From Macrostomum lignano (Eukaryota), in assembly GCA_002269645.1 (NCBI GenBank), contig NIVC01000150.1, positions 124,001 through 188,000 on the forward strand: 64,000 bases of DNA, read 5' to 3'. The translations under genes were made by a program, and so were the position numbers. This document shows positions 46,582 to 64,000 of this stretch, in pieces; within the stretch, counting starts at the first letter, position 1, and every line of letters begins with the position of its first letter. The notes beneath the pieces are model-generated. The model was not told the origin of the DNA and did not search any database. It worked only from the letters and a program-made list of their open reading frames with translations.

Positions 46582-49530
46582 ATGTCAGCAGACACTGAAG
46601 CCGCCACTCCAGCTCAGGATTCAATGCCGTCTTCATTCGTTCTAGTTGATAAATCGCTTACTGAAGACGGCAATGGAAATCCTATGGATTCGGGTTTGTC
46701 TGAAGAGGCCGCCGCGAACTCCGATCGTAATTCGAGTTTAGAATTTGAGAAGCCTAACTTCGAGTTGCGGGATGATAATCCGATAGTTAGGGAAGCTGCT
46801 GCTAGTGCTGGCATGGATAATCCAGATGAAGCTGAGGTCGGCTTGGATGTTGGTGAAGGTAAAGTGTCTGTGTCTGATAAACCTCAGGTGGATGGAGCTG
46901 AATCTGGTGAAGCTCGGGTGGATGAGGCTAGATCTGATAAACCTCCGGTGGATGGAGCTGGATCTGATGAAGCTCAGGTGGATGAGGCTGAATTTGATGA
47001 AGCTCAGGTGGATGAGGCTGAGTCAGGTGAAGCTCAGGTGGATGAGGCTGAGTCAGGTGAAGCTCGGGTGGATGAGGCTGGATCTGATGAAGCTCAGGCG
47101 GCTGAGGCTGGATCTGATGAAGCTCAGGTGGCTGAGGCTGAGTCAGGTGAAGCTCGGGTGGATGAGGCTGGATCTGATGAAGCTCAGGCGGCTGAGGCTG
47201 GATCTGATGAAGCTCGGGTGGCTGAGGCTGAGTCAGGTAAAGCTCGGGTGGATGAGGCTGGATCTGATGAAGCTCAGGTTGCTGAGGCTGGATCTGATAA
47301 GGCCCAGGTGGCTGAGACTGGATCTGATGAAGATCAGGTGGCTGAGGCTCAGTCTGGTGGAGCTCAGGTGAATGAGGCTGGATCTGATGAAGTTCGGGTA
47401 GAAGAGACTGAGTCGGATCGAGCTCAGGTAGATGAGGCTCACGCACATGACTTCACGGAGGCTAAGATAGAACTACAAGGGGATGAGAAAGTGACTGCAA
47501 GTTCGTACGCCCCAGTGCAAGAGATGCTTGCAACTATCGAGTCCGAACAGCAGGGAAATCGGCAACAGCTTTTTAACGAATCGAATCCCGAGTTGATAAA
47601 ACGAGCACCGTCTGACTCGGCACCGGAAACGGAAGCAACTCCCGAGCTGAACAAGCCGGTAAAAGCAGATTTAGAGCAAAATGATGAGGCCACATCAAGT
47701 GAGATACAGTCATCAGGCATTGTTGAGTCCGTCGAGCCAGAGCCAAAGCCAGCGAACGAAGAGTACATTGATATCCTTGGCAATGGCCAACTATTAAAGA
47801 AAACTATTGAGAAAGGTGGCGACGAATCGACCAGACCGAAGACTGGCTGTCGGGTCACATTGAATTACGAAGCTCGCCTAGGCGGCCCGGATGGCCCAGT
47901 TGTTGACAAACTCGACGGCCTGATCGTAGCCATCGGCGACTACGACTTTCTGCAGGCGTTCGACATCGCCCTGATGCTGGTCGGGCTTGGCGAGCGGTGC
48001 GAGATCCGCAGCGGTCCTCAGCACGCCTACGGCAGCAAGCACGCCTACACAACCCGGTTAGGCGCGGAGATACCGCCCAATTCAACCTTGACTTTCACTG
48101 TAGACCTGTTAAAAGTGGACCAGCCGCTTGACCTGGGCTCTGTCAGTCTTGACAACGTGCTAGTCATGGCCGATGCCAAGCGGGAGCGAGGAAATTTCTG
48201 GTTTAATCGTGACGAAGCCTACACTGCGGTGTGTTGCTATGCCAGAGCGGCCGCGATGCTTGAGCAGCGCTGCTCCGCTAATCTAAGCGGCGCCTCAAAC
48301 AAACTCGTACAGACCGCTATGGATGCTCGAGTTCGAGTTTATAACAATTTGGCCGCCTGCCAATTGAAAAGGGAAGCCTGGAATGCCGCTATTGAATCCT
48401 GCGATAAAGCTTTGAGATTGCAGGTGAATGCGATGCTTGATTTTACACCTTTGTCCCAGCACCGTAGGAAAGGGGCATGTGACCAGTACACAGGTAGTAG
48501 GGAAGTGGCATGTGACCAGCACACAGGTAGTAGGGAAGTGGCATGTGACCAGCACACAGGTAGTAGAGAAGTGGCAAGTGACCAGCACACAGGTAGTAGG
48601 GAAGTGGCAAGTGACCAGCACACAGGTAGTAGGGAAGTGGCATGTGACCAGCACACAGGTAGTAGAGAAGTGGCAAGTGACCAGCACACAGGTAGTAGGG
48701 AAGTGGCAAGTGACCAGCACACAGGTAGTAGGGAAGTGGCAAGTGACCAGCACACAGGTAGTAGGGAAGTGGCAAGTGACCAGCACACAGGTAGTAGGGA
48801 AGTGGCAAGTGACCAGCACACAGGTAGTAGGGAAGTGGCAAGTGACCAGCACACAGGTAGTAGGGAAGTGGCAAGTGACCAGCACACAGGTAGTAGGGAA
48901 GTGGCAAGTGACCAGCACACAGGTAGTAGGGAAGTGGCATGTGACCAGCACACAGGTAGTAGGGAAGTGGCATCTGACCAGCACACAGGTAGTAGGGAAG
49001 TGGCAGGTCATTGACACACGGGTAGTAGGGAAGTGGCAGGTGACTAAAACACAGGTAACTATAGCATAGTAGCTATACACCCAAAAAAGAAAATCAGTCT
49101 ACTTAAAGTAGTCATCGCCGCATTCACGCACCGTCAGGCTGGCAACGCGAAGGCTCTGTACCGGAAAGGCCGCGGCCTCATCGGCAAAGGCGAACCGGCC
49201 GCCGCTCTGCAGGCGATGCGAGCCGCATTGAGTGAGGAGCCGGACTCTCGGGCACTTCAGAACGAAGTAGCCAAGCTCACCATCGAGTGCCGGAGGCAGC
49301 AGACAGCCAGTCAGGATCTCTATCGCCGAATGATGGGCGTCGGCAAGTCGCCAGGCACGGCGACGTCTTCGACAAGCAATTCGCCGAGTTCGATGGAAAC
49401 TTCAACTAGAAGCGGCTCCTCGAATGCCGGTTCGTTTATTGGCCGGTACAAGTACTGGCTGGTGGGGGCCATCGGCAGTGTGGTTGTGTCCGCCCTGCTT
49501 GCTGGCGCCGCTTATCGGAACAATCGCTGA
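46582..49530 (+). CDS. FKBP8: FKBP8/FKBP38-like protein (acidic N-terminus, FKBP domain, TPRs, C-terminal TM anchor), exons 46582-48423 and 49138-49530, 744 aa
   Basis: DILGNGQLLKKTIEKG...GERCEI...AYG...IPPNSTLTFTVDLL FKBP domain; TPRs (KRERGNFWF, NNLAACQLK, NAKALYRKG); tail YWLVGAIGSVVVSALLAGAAYRN. Confidence 0.88.
46880..47440 (+). repeat. 30-bp coding repeat (EAGSDEAQVD-type decapeptide) in FKBP8
   Basis: About 18 in-frame units are visible. Confidence 0.9.
48470..49060. repeat. 33-bp minisatellite in the FKBP8 intron
   Basis: GTGACCAGCACACAGGTAGTAGGGAAGTGGCAA repeated. Confidence 0.95.
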
Positions 49531-50241
49531 TTGGCTGTCATATGCGGGTTATTTAACACCGTCTGTTTTGCCTTGAAGGCCTCTTGAAAGGATAGTAAAG
49601 ATCTGGGGGATTTGGACCATTTTGATGGGTTTTGTTTTTAAACAGAATATAAAGGTACACTACTTATTAGTACAGTAAGTACAGCCTGTACTCCTGGTGC
49701 TGCCCTCGCCCGGCTTCTCATGTCGAATTGTTATCAATTCCTTATATTTTTCGCCAAAAAACGTGACTTTAAAAATAGAACAACTAATATTTCCTCATCG
49801 CACTACTTATTAGTAGAAAGGCAAACATTTGTTTATTTCTCTTTCTGCCAAAAAATAAACGCATGCAAGTGTGCAATTTTTCGTTTGAAAATTTCGTATT
49901 GAATAATTTCAAGTGTCCGGCCTTAATTGCCTTCAGTTTCGCTTTATGATCGAGTCGAAAAAAATTTCGTTTCTGCCATTTTGCTTCTGTAACTGCCTTT
50001 TCAATCCTTTATTTTGTTAACTTTGACGCTACGTTAGTTTCATTCGTCGATTGGCCGAATTCTGAAGAAGAACACATTCTAGTAAGTCCCTAATCAAAGC
50101 GACTTGTCTACTGACATTTTTACTTTCCATAGTATTTTGTTGATTAAATAAATATCTTTTTGTCTTCAGACTAAAATTATCAGTGCAGTGCATTTTTCTG
50201 TTAGTCTTATTTTCATGAAATTAGAATTCAAACTAAACAGT

Positions 50242-57352
<7,111 letters not shown>

Positions 57353-57624
57353 GTTTTACTGGATACCTGTGTAGTATTTCTAAACTTTTCAACCTTGGGC
57401 AACTATGCAACTCGATCGGTAAGGGTTGACTTGCTTTAAATTCTGTTGTGCAGAAGATCTTATCCGATTTTCCATCTTTTGCTAGAGGTCTGTCCGCTTC
57501 TTATCGTTGTTCAATCAGGCAATGTGCATCGCTGAGCGAATGTGATGTTGAAGTATTTGAGAGATTGAAAGCTCTGAGGCAGCTGAAAGTTAAGCTGATT
57601 TTGCCGCGGTTAGTTGCACAAGGC

Positions 57625-57730
57625 ATCCGGTTGTCGTACGATTCGCAGCCGTGAGGGCCAACCCCAAAGGCACAGAGTCTGTACATGCCTGACGAATAGA
57701 AAGTCAGGGCCCCTGTACACCCTGTGTGAG
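57625..57730 (+). mobile_element. SINE central-domain fragment; an inverted related copy lies at about 56630-56740
   Basis: GTACATGCCTGACGAATAGAAAGTCAGGGCCCCTGTACACCCTGTGTGAG matches the core of the 38381-38741 SINE. Confidence 0.7.
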
Positions 57731-58174
57731 CAGTTTGATCATCAAATGTTCGAGTGTATTTCATCAAAAAAATCGATTTCGAAAAAAAATTCTCTGAGGC
57801 GCGCTGCAAATTTAAACAAAAAGTTCAAAGTCCGAGACCAAGCCTAGCCTTTCGCCCACGTATTTGATGCAGAGCGGGGTGTAAATACTAAAGCAGGGTC
57901 CGGTAACAATGTCACAACAGGTAAATAGCTTAGATAAATACATAATACGAAATTTCACAGGCTAGTTAAAACATGCTGTTTCGTATTTAACATAAATTTT
58001 GATAGAGAGACACACATAAATATGTATTCCTCTGTGTGCTTGGGATGGAAACAAACAGATAGATAAGCTACAGAAGTTTACATTGCAGCATAAAACAAAG
58101 ATATTGTAGTTGAGAACAGCACTTAATGGAGAACTGAATGAGGACAGAGGAGAGTGGAGGGTGAGCGGCTGAAT

Positions 58175-58450
58175 AACAGGGGAAGAACAAGGGAAGAACA
58201 GGGGAAGAACGGGGGATAAGCAGGGGAAGAAAAAAGGAAGAACAGAGGAAGAACAAGGAAAGAACATGGGAAAAACAGGGGAAGAACAGGGGAAGAACAG
58301 GGGAAGAACAGGAGAAGAACGGGGGAAGAACAGGGAAGAACGGGGGAAGAACAGGGGAAGAACAGGGGAAGAACAGGGGAAGAACAGGGGAATAACAGGG
58401 GAAGAACAGGGGAAGAACAGGGAAGAACATTGGAAAAACAGGGAAACAGG
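58175..58450. repeat. 11-bp purine-rich repeat (GGGGAAGAACA)
   Basis: Direct inspection. Confidence 0.9.
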
Positions 58451-58511
58451 TAGAGAACAGAGCCACTAAATACCGAAGGCAGTTGGCACAATTCAAGTCA
58501 CTCAAAGCCAA

Positions 58512-61500
58512 TCATTTCTTGCCATTAACTTTGCTAGCCAGCTGGTCCAGCTTCCCGCTATGCTGCTTCATCTCCTCCTGCATGCCCTTGAGCTCGGCCA
58601 TTCTCAGCTTCTGCTCCGATTGAATCTTCATGCCAAGCACAGTTTTCACAGTTTGCACAACTTCGGCTAACTTTCTGACCAACGCCTGGCACTCCTCCAG
58701 TTCGCGTTTGAGACCGCTCGAGTCGCCTCCTCCGACTGATGATGAAGCTTTAAGCCTCTCCAGTTCGACCCGAATCGAATCTGTGTCCTGCACTCGGCCA
58801 GCTATCTCTGAGCCAACACGGAGGCTGAGATCCTCCATCAAGGCTGTTATCTGATCCGAGTTTCGGTGCACCTGCAATACAGTTCGGTGAAAACAGCCCA
58901 TAGCATTTGTTGTGTTCGATTTGTTTTTAGATATGATCAACCGTCCGTTTACGATTAGTTGCTTGCGTTCCCTTTCTCTGCCTTTCTTTAACTTTCTACG
59001 AGCTATATCCTTTGCGCTAGTTCTAGGGTAGAAAGCCTGCCCTAAACCCTGCCCCGTTTTGATTGGCTATCACCACCATGTACTTCCTCTCCCTTTCTCT
59101 CCCTCCCTCCCTATCCCCCGTGCCTCTCGGGGTAGACAGTCTGCCGTAAACCCTGCCCCGTGTTCTATTGGCTGTCACCATCATGCGCCCACTCTCTATT
59201 TCTCTCCCTCCCTCGCTCCCTATACCCTGTGCCTCTCGGGGTAGAAAGCCTTCCCTAAACCCTTGCCCTGTTTTTATTGGCTATCACCAACATGCACCCC
59301 TCTCTCTCTCTCCCTCCCTCCCTGCCTATACCCCGTGCCTCTCGGGGTAGAAAGTCTGCTTTAAACCCACCCTGCCCTGTTTTGGATCGGCGGCAACTAT
59401 CCCTTTTCTCACTTCCTATGCCCCTGCGCCTTTAAGGTTAAAAGGTCTGCTCTAAACCCTCCCCCATTTTAATTGGCTGCGACCATGCTTTCCCAACCTC
59501 TGCCTCCACTTCCTTTCCTTCGCGCCTCTCGGGTTAAAAAGTCTGACCCTGCCCGCCGTTTTTATTGGCTGTCACCGCCATGCAACCCCTCTACCTTTCT
59601 CTCTCTCCCTCCCTACCCGCCGCGCCAACTGGGGTAGAAAGTCTAACCCGACCCTCCTCCATTTTGATTCGCTGAGACCAACTTTATTTTGTATCTGAAC
59701 TGAATGATAAAAAAATTATTGATGGAAAGACTCACCCCGTCATTGACCGCGGCGTTTTTAGACTTTAAATCTGTCACGTGACCCTCAGTCTGGCCCAATC
59801 GTTGCGAAATGGCTTCCAACCTCTCTTGAATCTCCTTCATCAACGAATCGTTGCTCTGAAATTTATATATATTCACGATTCAAATACCGTTTTAGCGGAA
59901 TGAAGCTAAAAGGCAAAAAAACTTAAAAAACTAAACTTGCTTGAAAAATAAGCGAACTCATCACTGCAGCACGCAATAATAATAAACGTTTTAAATGTGA
60001 GTTTATTGCTCAAAAATGATTGCTAACTAAGTTAACAAACTATTAAACTCGAATTTTAACTAACACTAACAGTGCTAATAAATATTACGAGTATTAATAT
60101 GAAAGCGAGGGATACAGTTCGAGTATAAAAGTGCGAAAATAAATATATTGCATGAATTTTTACCTCTTGTTTCTGTTTGAGCTTGAAATGCAAAAAAGCG
60201 AATACATTCGTTTTCAGTTTCCAGTTAAATGAGAAGAAAAGCTCATGCTAGTAACTATGATAATAAAATGTTTTCACCGTGACGGAACTAAAAAATTACC
60301 TATCGAATATCATTTGTAATCGATTCTATAATGCAACTCTCAGCCAGTCAGAGTTATTCAGCCATTCAGCCGCTCAGTCCCTCAGCCGCTCAGTCACTCA
60401 GCTGCTCAGTCACTCAGCTGCTCAGTCACTCAGCCGCTCAGTCACTCAGCCGCTCAGCTACTCAGCTACTCAGTTACTCAGCTGCTTAGCTACTCAGCTA
60501 CTCAGTTACTCAGCTACTCAGCCGCTCAGCTACTCAGCTACTCAGTTACTCAGCTACTCAGCCGCTCAGCTACTCAGTTACTCAGCTACTCAGCCGCTCA
60601 GCTACTCAGCTACTCAGTTACTCAGCTACTCAGCCGCTCAGCTACTCAATCACTGTATTCTATGAGTCTCACGGTTCACCAATCACCCCGTGACAGTCAC
60701 TAAACAACTCTCTAACACCCAGCCCTAACGTTAACTCTATTCATTCACTCCGACTCAGCCGACTCACCTCCCCCATCCGACCGCCCAGCCTCTCGTCCAT
60801 CCGATCCAGGCGTGACTTGACCGCCTGCAGCTGCTCCTCCATGCCCGCGATCCGCCTGCCCGTCTCCCTGCGGTAGTCCTCCAACAGCGATTCCCATTGG
60901 TTCTTGCTCTGGCGATTTGTGAGTGGGGATTAGCGATTGATTGACAGCTTTAGTTGATAAATAGGTGATAGTTTTGTCTAACAGGTGACACAATCCTGTC
61001 TAACAGGTGACACAATCCTGTCTAACAGGTGACACGATCCTGTCTAACAGGTGACACAATCCTGTCTAACATGTGACGCAATCCTGTCTAACAGGTGACA
61101 CAATCCTGTCTAACAGGTGACACGATTCAAGATCCAAGCTGCCACTCACCGCTCCAGCAGAATTGGCCGAACGAACCCGTCTGGCAAGTTCGGCCACCTC
61201 AGCGGACAGAGCACTCGAGCTGCTGGACAGTCGGGCCTCCAGCTCCTGGACTCTGGCAGTCAGCTGCTGCCGCAGGCGCGACTCATCTTCGCTGCTCTTG
61301 CCGCCTTTGGAGTCTCGATCTGTGAGCTCCTGGGTGATGATGTGGCAGGATGATGTCACCATGTGAGGGGAATTCGTGGAAACGAGAAAGGGAGAAACGT
61401 CGGAGGTAGGTCAAGAATGGGGAGTCAGGTTAAGGAGTGGAAGATGGGGCAGAAGAGATGGGAGAGGGGAAGATGGGAGAGGGGAGATGAGAGAGGGGGA

Positions 61501-63762
61501 GATGGGAGAGGTGGAGATGGGAGAGGGGAGATGAGAGAGGGGGAGATGGGAGAGGTGGAGATGGGAGATTGGAGATGAGAGAGGGGGAGATGGGAGAGGT
61601 GAAGATGGGAGATGGGAGATGGGAGAGGAGGAGATGGGAGAGGGGAGATGGGAGAGGGGAGATGGGAGAGGGGAGATGGGAGAGGGGAGATGGGAGAGGA
61701 GGAGATGGGAGAGGGGAGATGGGAGAGGTGAAGATGGGAGATGGGAGATGGGAGAGGGGAGATGGGAGAGGGGAGATGGGAGAGGGGGAGATGAGAGAGG
61801 GGAGATGGGAGAGGGGAGATGGGAGAGGGGGAGATGAGAGAGGGGAGATGGGAGAGGTGGAGATGGGAGATGAGAGATGGAAGAGGGGAGATGGGAGAGG
61901 GGAGATGGGAGAGGTGGAGATGGGAGATGGGAGATGGGAGAGGGGAGATGGGAGAGGGGGAGATGAGAGAGGGGAGATGGGAGAGGGGAGATGGGAGAGG
62001 GGAGATGGGAGAGGGGAGATGAGAGAGGGGGAGATGGGAGAGGTGGAGAGGGGAGATGGGAGAGGAGATGGAAGATGGAGCCAGTTTTCAAGCATCGTGG
62101 CTCAGTCAGGCCCAGCATCCGTACCTGGATTCGACGCTCCATCGCCTGCACAGCCTCCTGGAGCGCGCGAGTCGTCTCGGCCGCCTCCGCCAGCTCCGCC
62201 CGCTGGGCCCGGCGGGCTCCGGCCAGCTCCTCCTCCTGAGCTTTGCGCAACGCCTCCCAGCGCTGCTCCTGCTGGTGCCGCTGCTCTCGCTCCTGGGTCA
62301 GGCGGGCCTCCTGCTCGCGCAAGATGAGGCGCTCAGCCTCCGCCTGGCTGCGGGCCGCGTCCTCCCGCAGGCGGACCTCCTTCTCCAGGATGCGCTGGTT
62401 CAGGCCCTCCGCCGCCTCCTGAATGCGGGCCTGCGTGGTGCGATGGAGCGGAGAGGATTCTGGATTAACTCTTATGTATTGTCACTCTGGTAGATATTGT
62501 CACTCTGCTAAATATTGTCACTCTGCTGAATATTGTCACTCTGCAGGATATTGTCACTCTGATGGATATTGTCACTCTGATGGATATGGTCACTCTGCAG
62601 GATATTGTCACTCTGATGGATATTGTCACTCTGCTAGATATTGTCACTCTGCTAGATATTGTCACTCTGCTGAATATTGTCACTCTGCAGGATATTGTCA
62701 CTCTGCTAGATATTGTCACTCTGCTAGATATTGTCACTCTGATGGATATTATCACTCTGCTAGATATTGTCATTCTGCTAGATATTGGCACTCTGCTGGC
62801 TATTGTCACTTTGCTGCCATTGTCACTCTGCTGGCTATCGTCACTCTGATGAATATTGGCACTCTGCTGGCCATTTTCACTCTGCCGGATTTTTTTTCAC
62901 ACTTTCTCCACTTCACTCAAGCACCCCACTGTCACTCTAGCACTTAAAGTTTACGCCAGCCTACCGATTTCACTCCAGCCTCTCAATGTCACTCCAGCCT
63001 CCCAATGTCACTCCAGCCTCCCAATGTCACTCCAGCCTTCAATGTCACTCCAGCCTTCAATGTCACTCCAGCCTCTTAATGTCACTCCAGCCTCCCAATG
63101 TCACTCTAGCCTTCAATGTCACTCCAGCCTCTTAATGTCACTCCAGCCTCCCAATGTCATTCCAGCCTCCCAATGTCACTCCAGCCTCTCAATGTCACTC
63201 CAGCCTCCCAATGTCACTCCAGCCTCCCAATGTCACTCTAGCCTTCAATGTCACTCCAGCTCACCTGCAGCGCCAGCCGGTCGGTGGCCCCCAGCCCCGG
63301 GTGCTGCTCAGTCCCGGCCGTCTTCAGCGCCTCAGTCAGCCGCTCGTCCAGTCGCTGCTCCAGTCGCCTCCGTTCTTCGGCTTCGGCTCGAACTCGCGAC
63401 CTCAAGTCGACAATCTCGCGCCTCAAATCGCCGCCATCGTTGGGCAGTTCTTCGTCGAGATCCTGAAGCTTCTCCTGGGCTGAAGAGTGCCGCGCCCGAG
63501 GCTGCTGCTGCTGCTGGCCGGTCCGCTGGTGGTCCTCAACTTGAGCCCGCAGGTTGCGCATCTCCTCAAGCAGGCGCGCCGTCTGGCGCTCGGCGCGCGT
63601 CCTGGCCTGCTCGAGCGCCTCCAGCTCGCGCTCCATGGCGGCCACGCGAGCCTGCTGAGCCTCCTTGCGGGACCCGGCCTCGGCCAGGTTGTCCAGCCGC
63701 GACCGCTCTTCGGCTAGGCGGTCCTCCTGCGGGTTCGGCGTTGGGGGAGCGTTGAACAGGTA
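58512..63762 (-). CDS. Long coiled-coil protein, 5'-partial: exons 63762-63265, 62430-62125, 61329-61150, 60908-60768, 59855-59736, 58871-58512; possibly CCDC154-like
   Basis: Six exons join in frame with phase-0 GT-AG introns and are E/R/Q/L-rich with heptad character. The C-terminal VQTVKTVLGMKIQSEQKLRMAEL recalls CCDC154 (from memory, unverified). Confidence 0.75.
59030..59645. repeat. Diverged approximately 100-bp tandem repeat, about 6 copies, in the last intron of the coiled-coil gene
   Basis: Units start TAGAAAG(C/T)CTG at about 59030, 59134, 59242, 59348, 59440, 59535; most contain ATTGGCT. Confidence 0.85.
60340..60650. repeat. 8-bp-based repeat (CAGCTACT/CAGCCGCT)
   Basis: Direct inspection. 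Confidence 0.9.
60975..61105. repeat. 22-bp repeat (TGTCTAACAGGTGACACAATCC)
   Basis: Its reverse complement shares CACCTGTTAGACA with the 32-bp array. Confidence 0.9.
61410..62070. repeat. GA-rich degenerate repeat (GGGAGAGGGGAGAT)
   Basis: Direct inspection. Confidence 0.93.
62480..63260. repeat. Two adjacent related minisatellites: 18-bp ATATTGTCACTCTGCTAG (62480-62890) and 19-bp CAATGTCACTCCAGCCTCC (62960-63260)
   Basis: Both share TGTCACTC. Confidence 0.9.
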
Positions 63763-63829
63763 CTGGGGCACTTGCACAAATAGTTTCTCATTCGAGACAG
63801 GGACTGTGTGCACCTGGCGCACTTTAAGT

Positions 63830-64000
63830 GACTGAGACAGTCGCTGAGACAGACACTGAGACAGGCACTGAGACAGGCACTGAGACAGACACTGAGACAG
63901 ACACTGAGACAGACACTGAGACAGACACTGAGACAGACACTGAGACAGACACTGAGACAGACACTGAGACAGACACTGAGACAGGCACTGAGACAGACAC
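63830..64000. repeat. 12-bp repeat (ACTGAGACAGAC), preceded by a SINE 3' fragment at about 63802-63832
   Basis: Direct inspection; TGTGTGCACCTGGCGCACTTTAAG matches the SINE tail at about 38405. Confidence 0.9.

Noticed and set aside
48424-49014. DQHTGSREVAS repeat tail of the 832-aa ORF
   Set aside because: Read-through into an intron; splicing 48424-49137 restores the TPR and the TM anchor.

Overview
Intron-rich, repeat-rich animal genomic DNA. GC-rich exons, a different minisatellite in almost every intron, (ACAG)n tracts and tandem universal stress protein genes resemble a free-living flatworm such as Macrostomum; this attribution is inference only. Host genes assembled by hand: a six-exon carnitine O-acetyltransferase ending in the peroxisomal signal AKL (minus, 1860-15448), a two-exon low-complexity gene, two tandem universal stress protein (USP) genes, an FKBP8/FKBP38-like gene, a cadherin-repeat single-pass membrane protein and the 3' part of a coiled-coil gene. 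Mobile DNA: (1) an 8266-bp CMC/EnSpm(CACTA)-type element (CCCAG TIRs, TA target duplication) in carnitine acetyltransferase intron 1, lacking its transposase core but carrying two spliced cargo genes, one encoding a BEN domain; (2) a 3.6-kb Chapaev/RAG1-like transposon with about 88-bp CACGGTG TIRs and a 1-bp frameshift at codon 6; (3) an apparently intact two-gene PIF/Harbinger element; plus a tRNA-derived SINE family, MITEs, a hAT-like non-autonomous element and a mariner relic. Structural oddities include inverted minisatellite arrays bracketing one USP gene, a foldback intron, a 464-bp higher-order satellite and a pre-miRNA-sized hairpin in an intron splitting the BEN domain. All models and domain calls were made by eye, without database searches.
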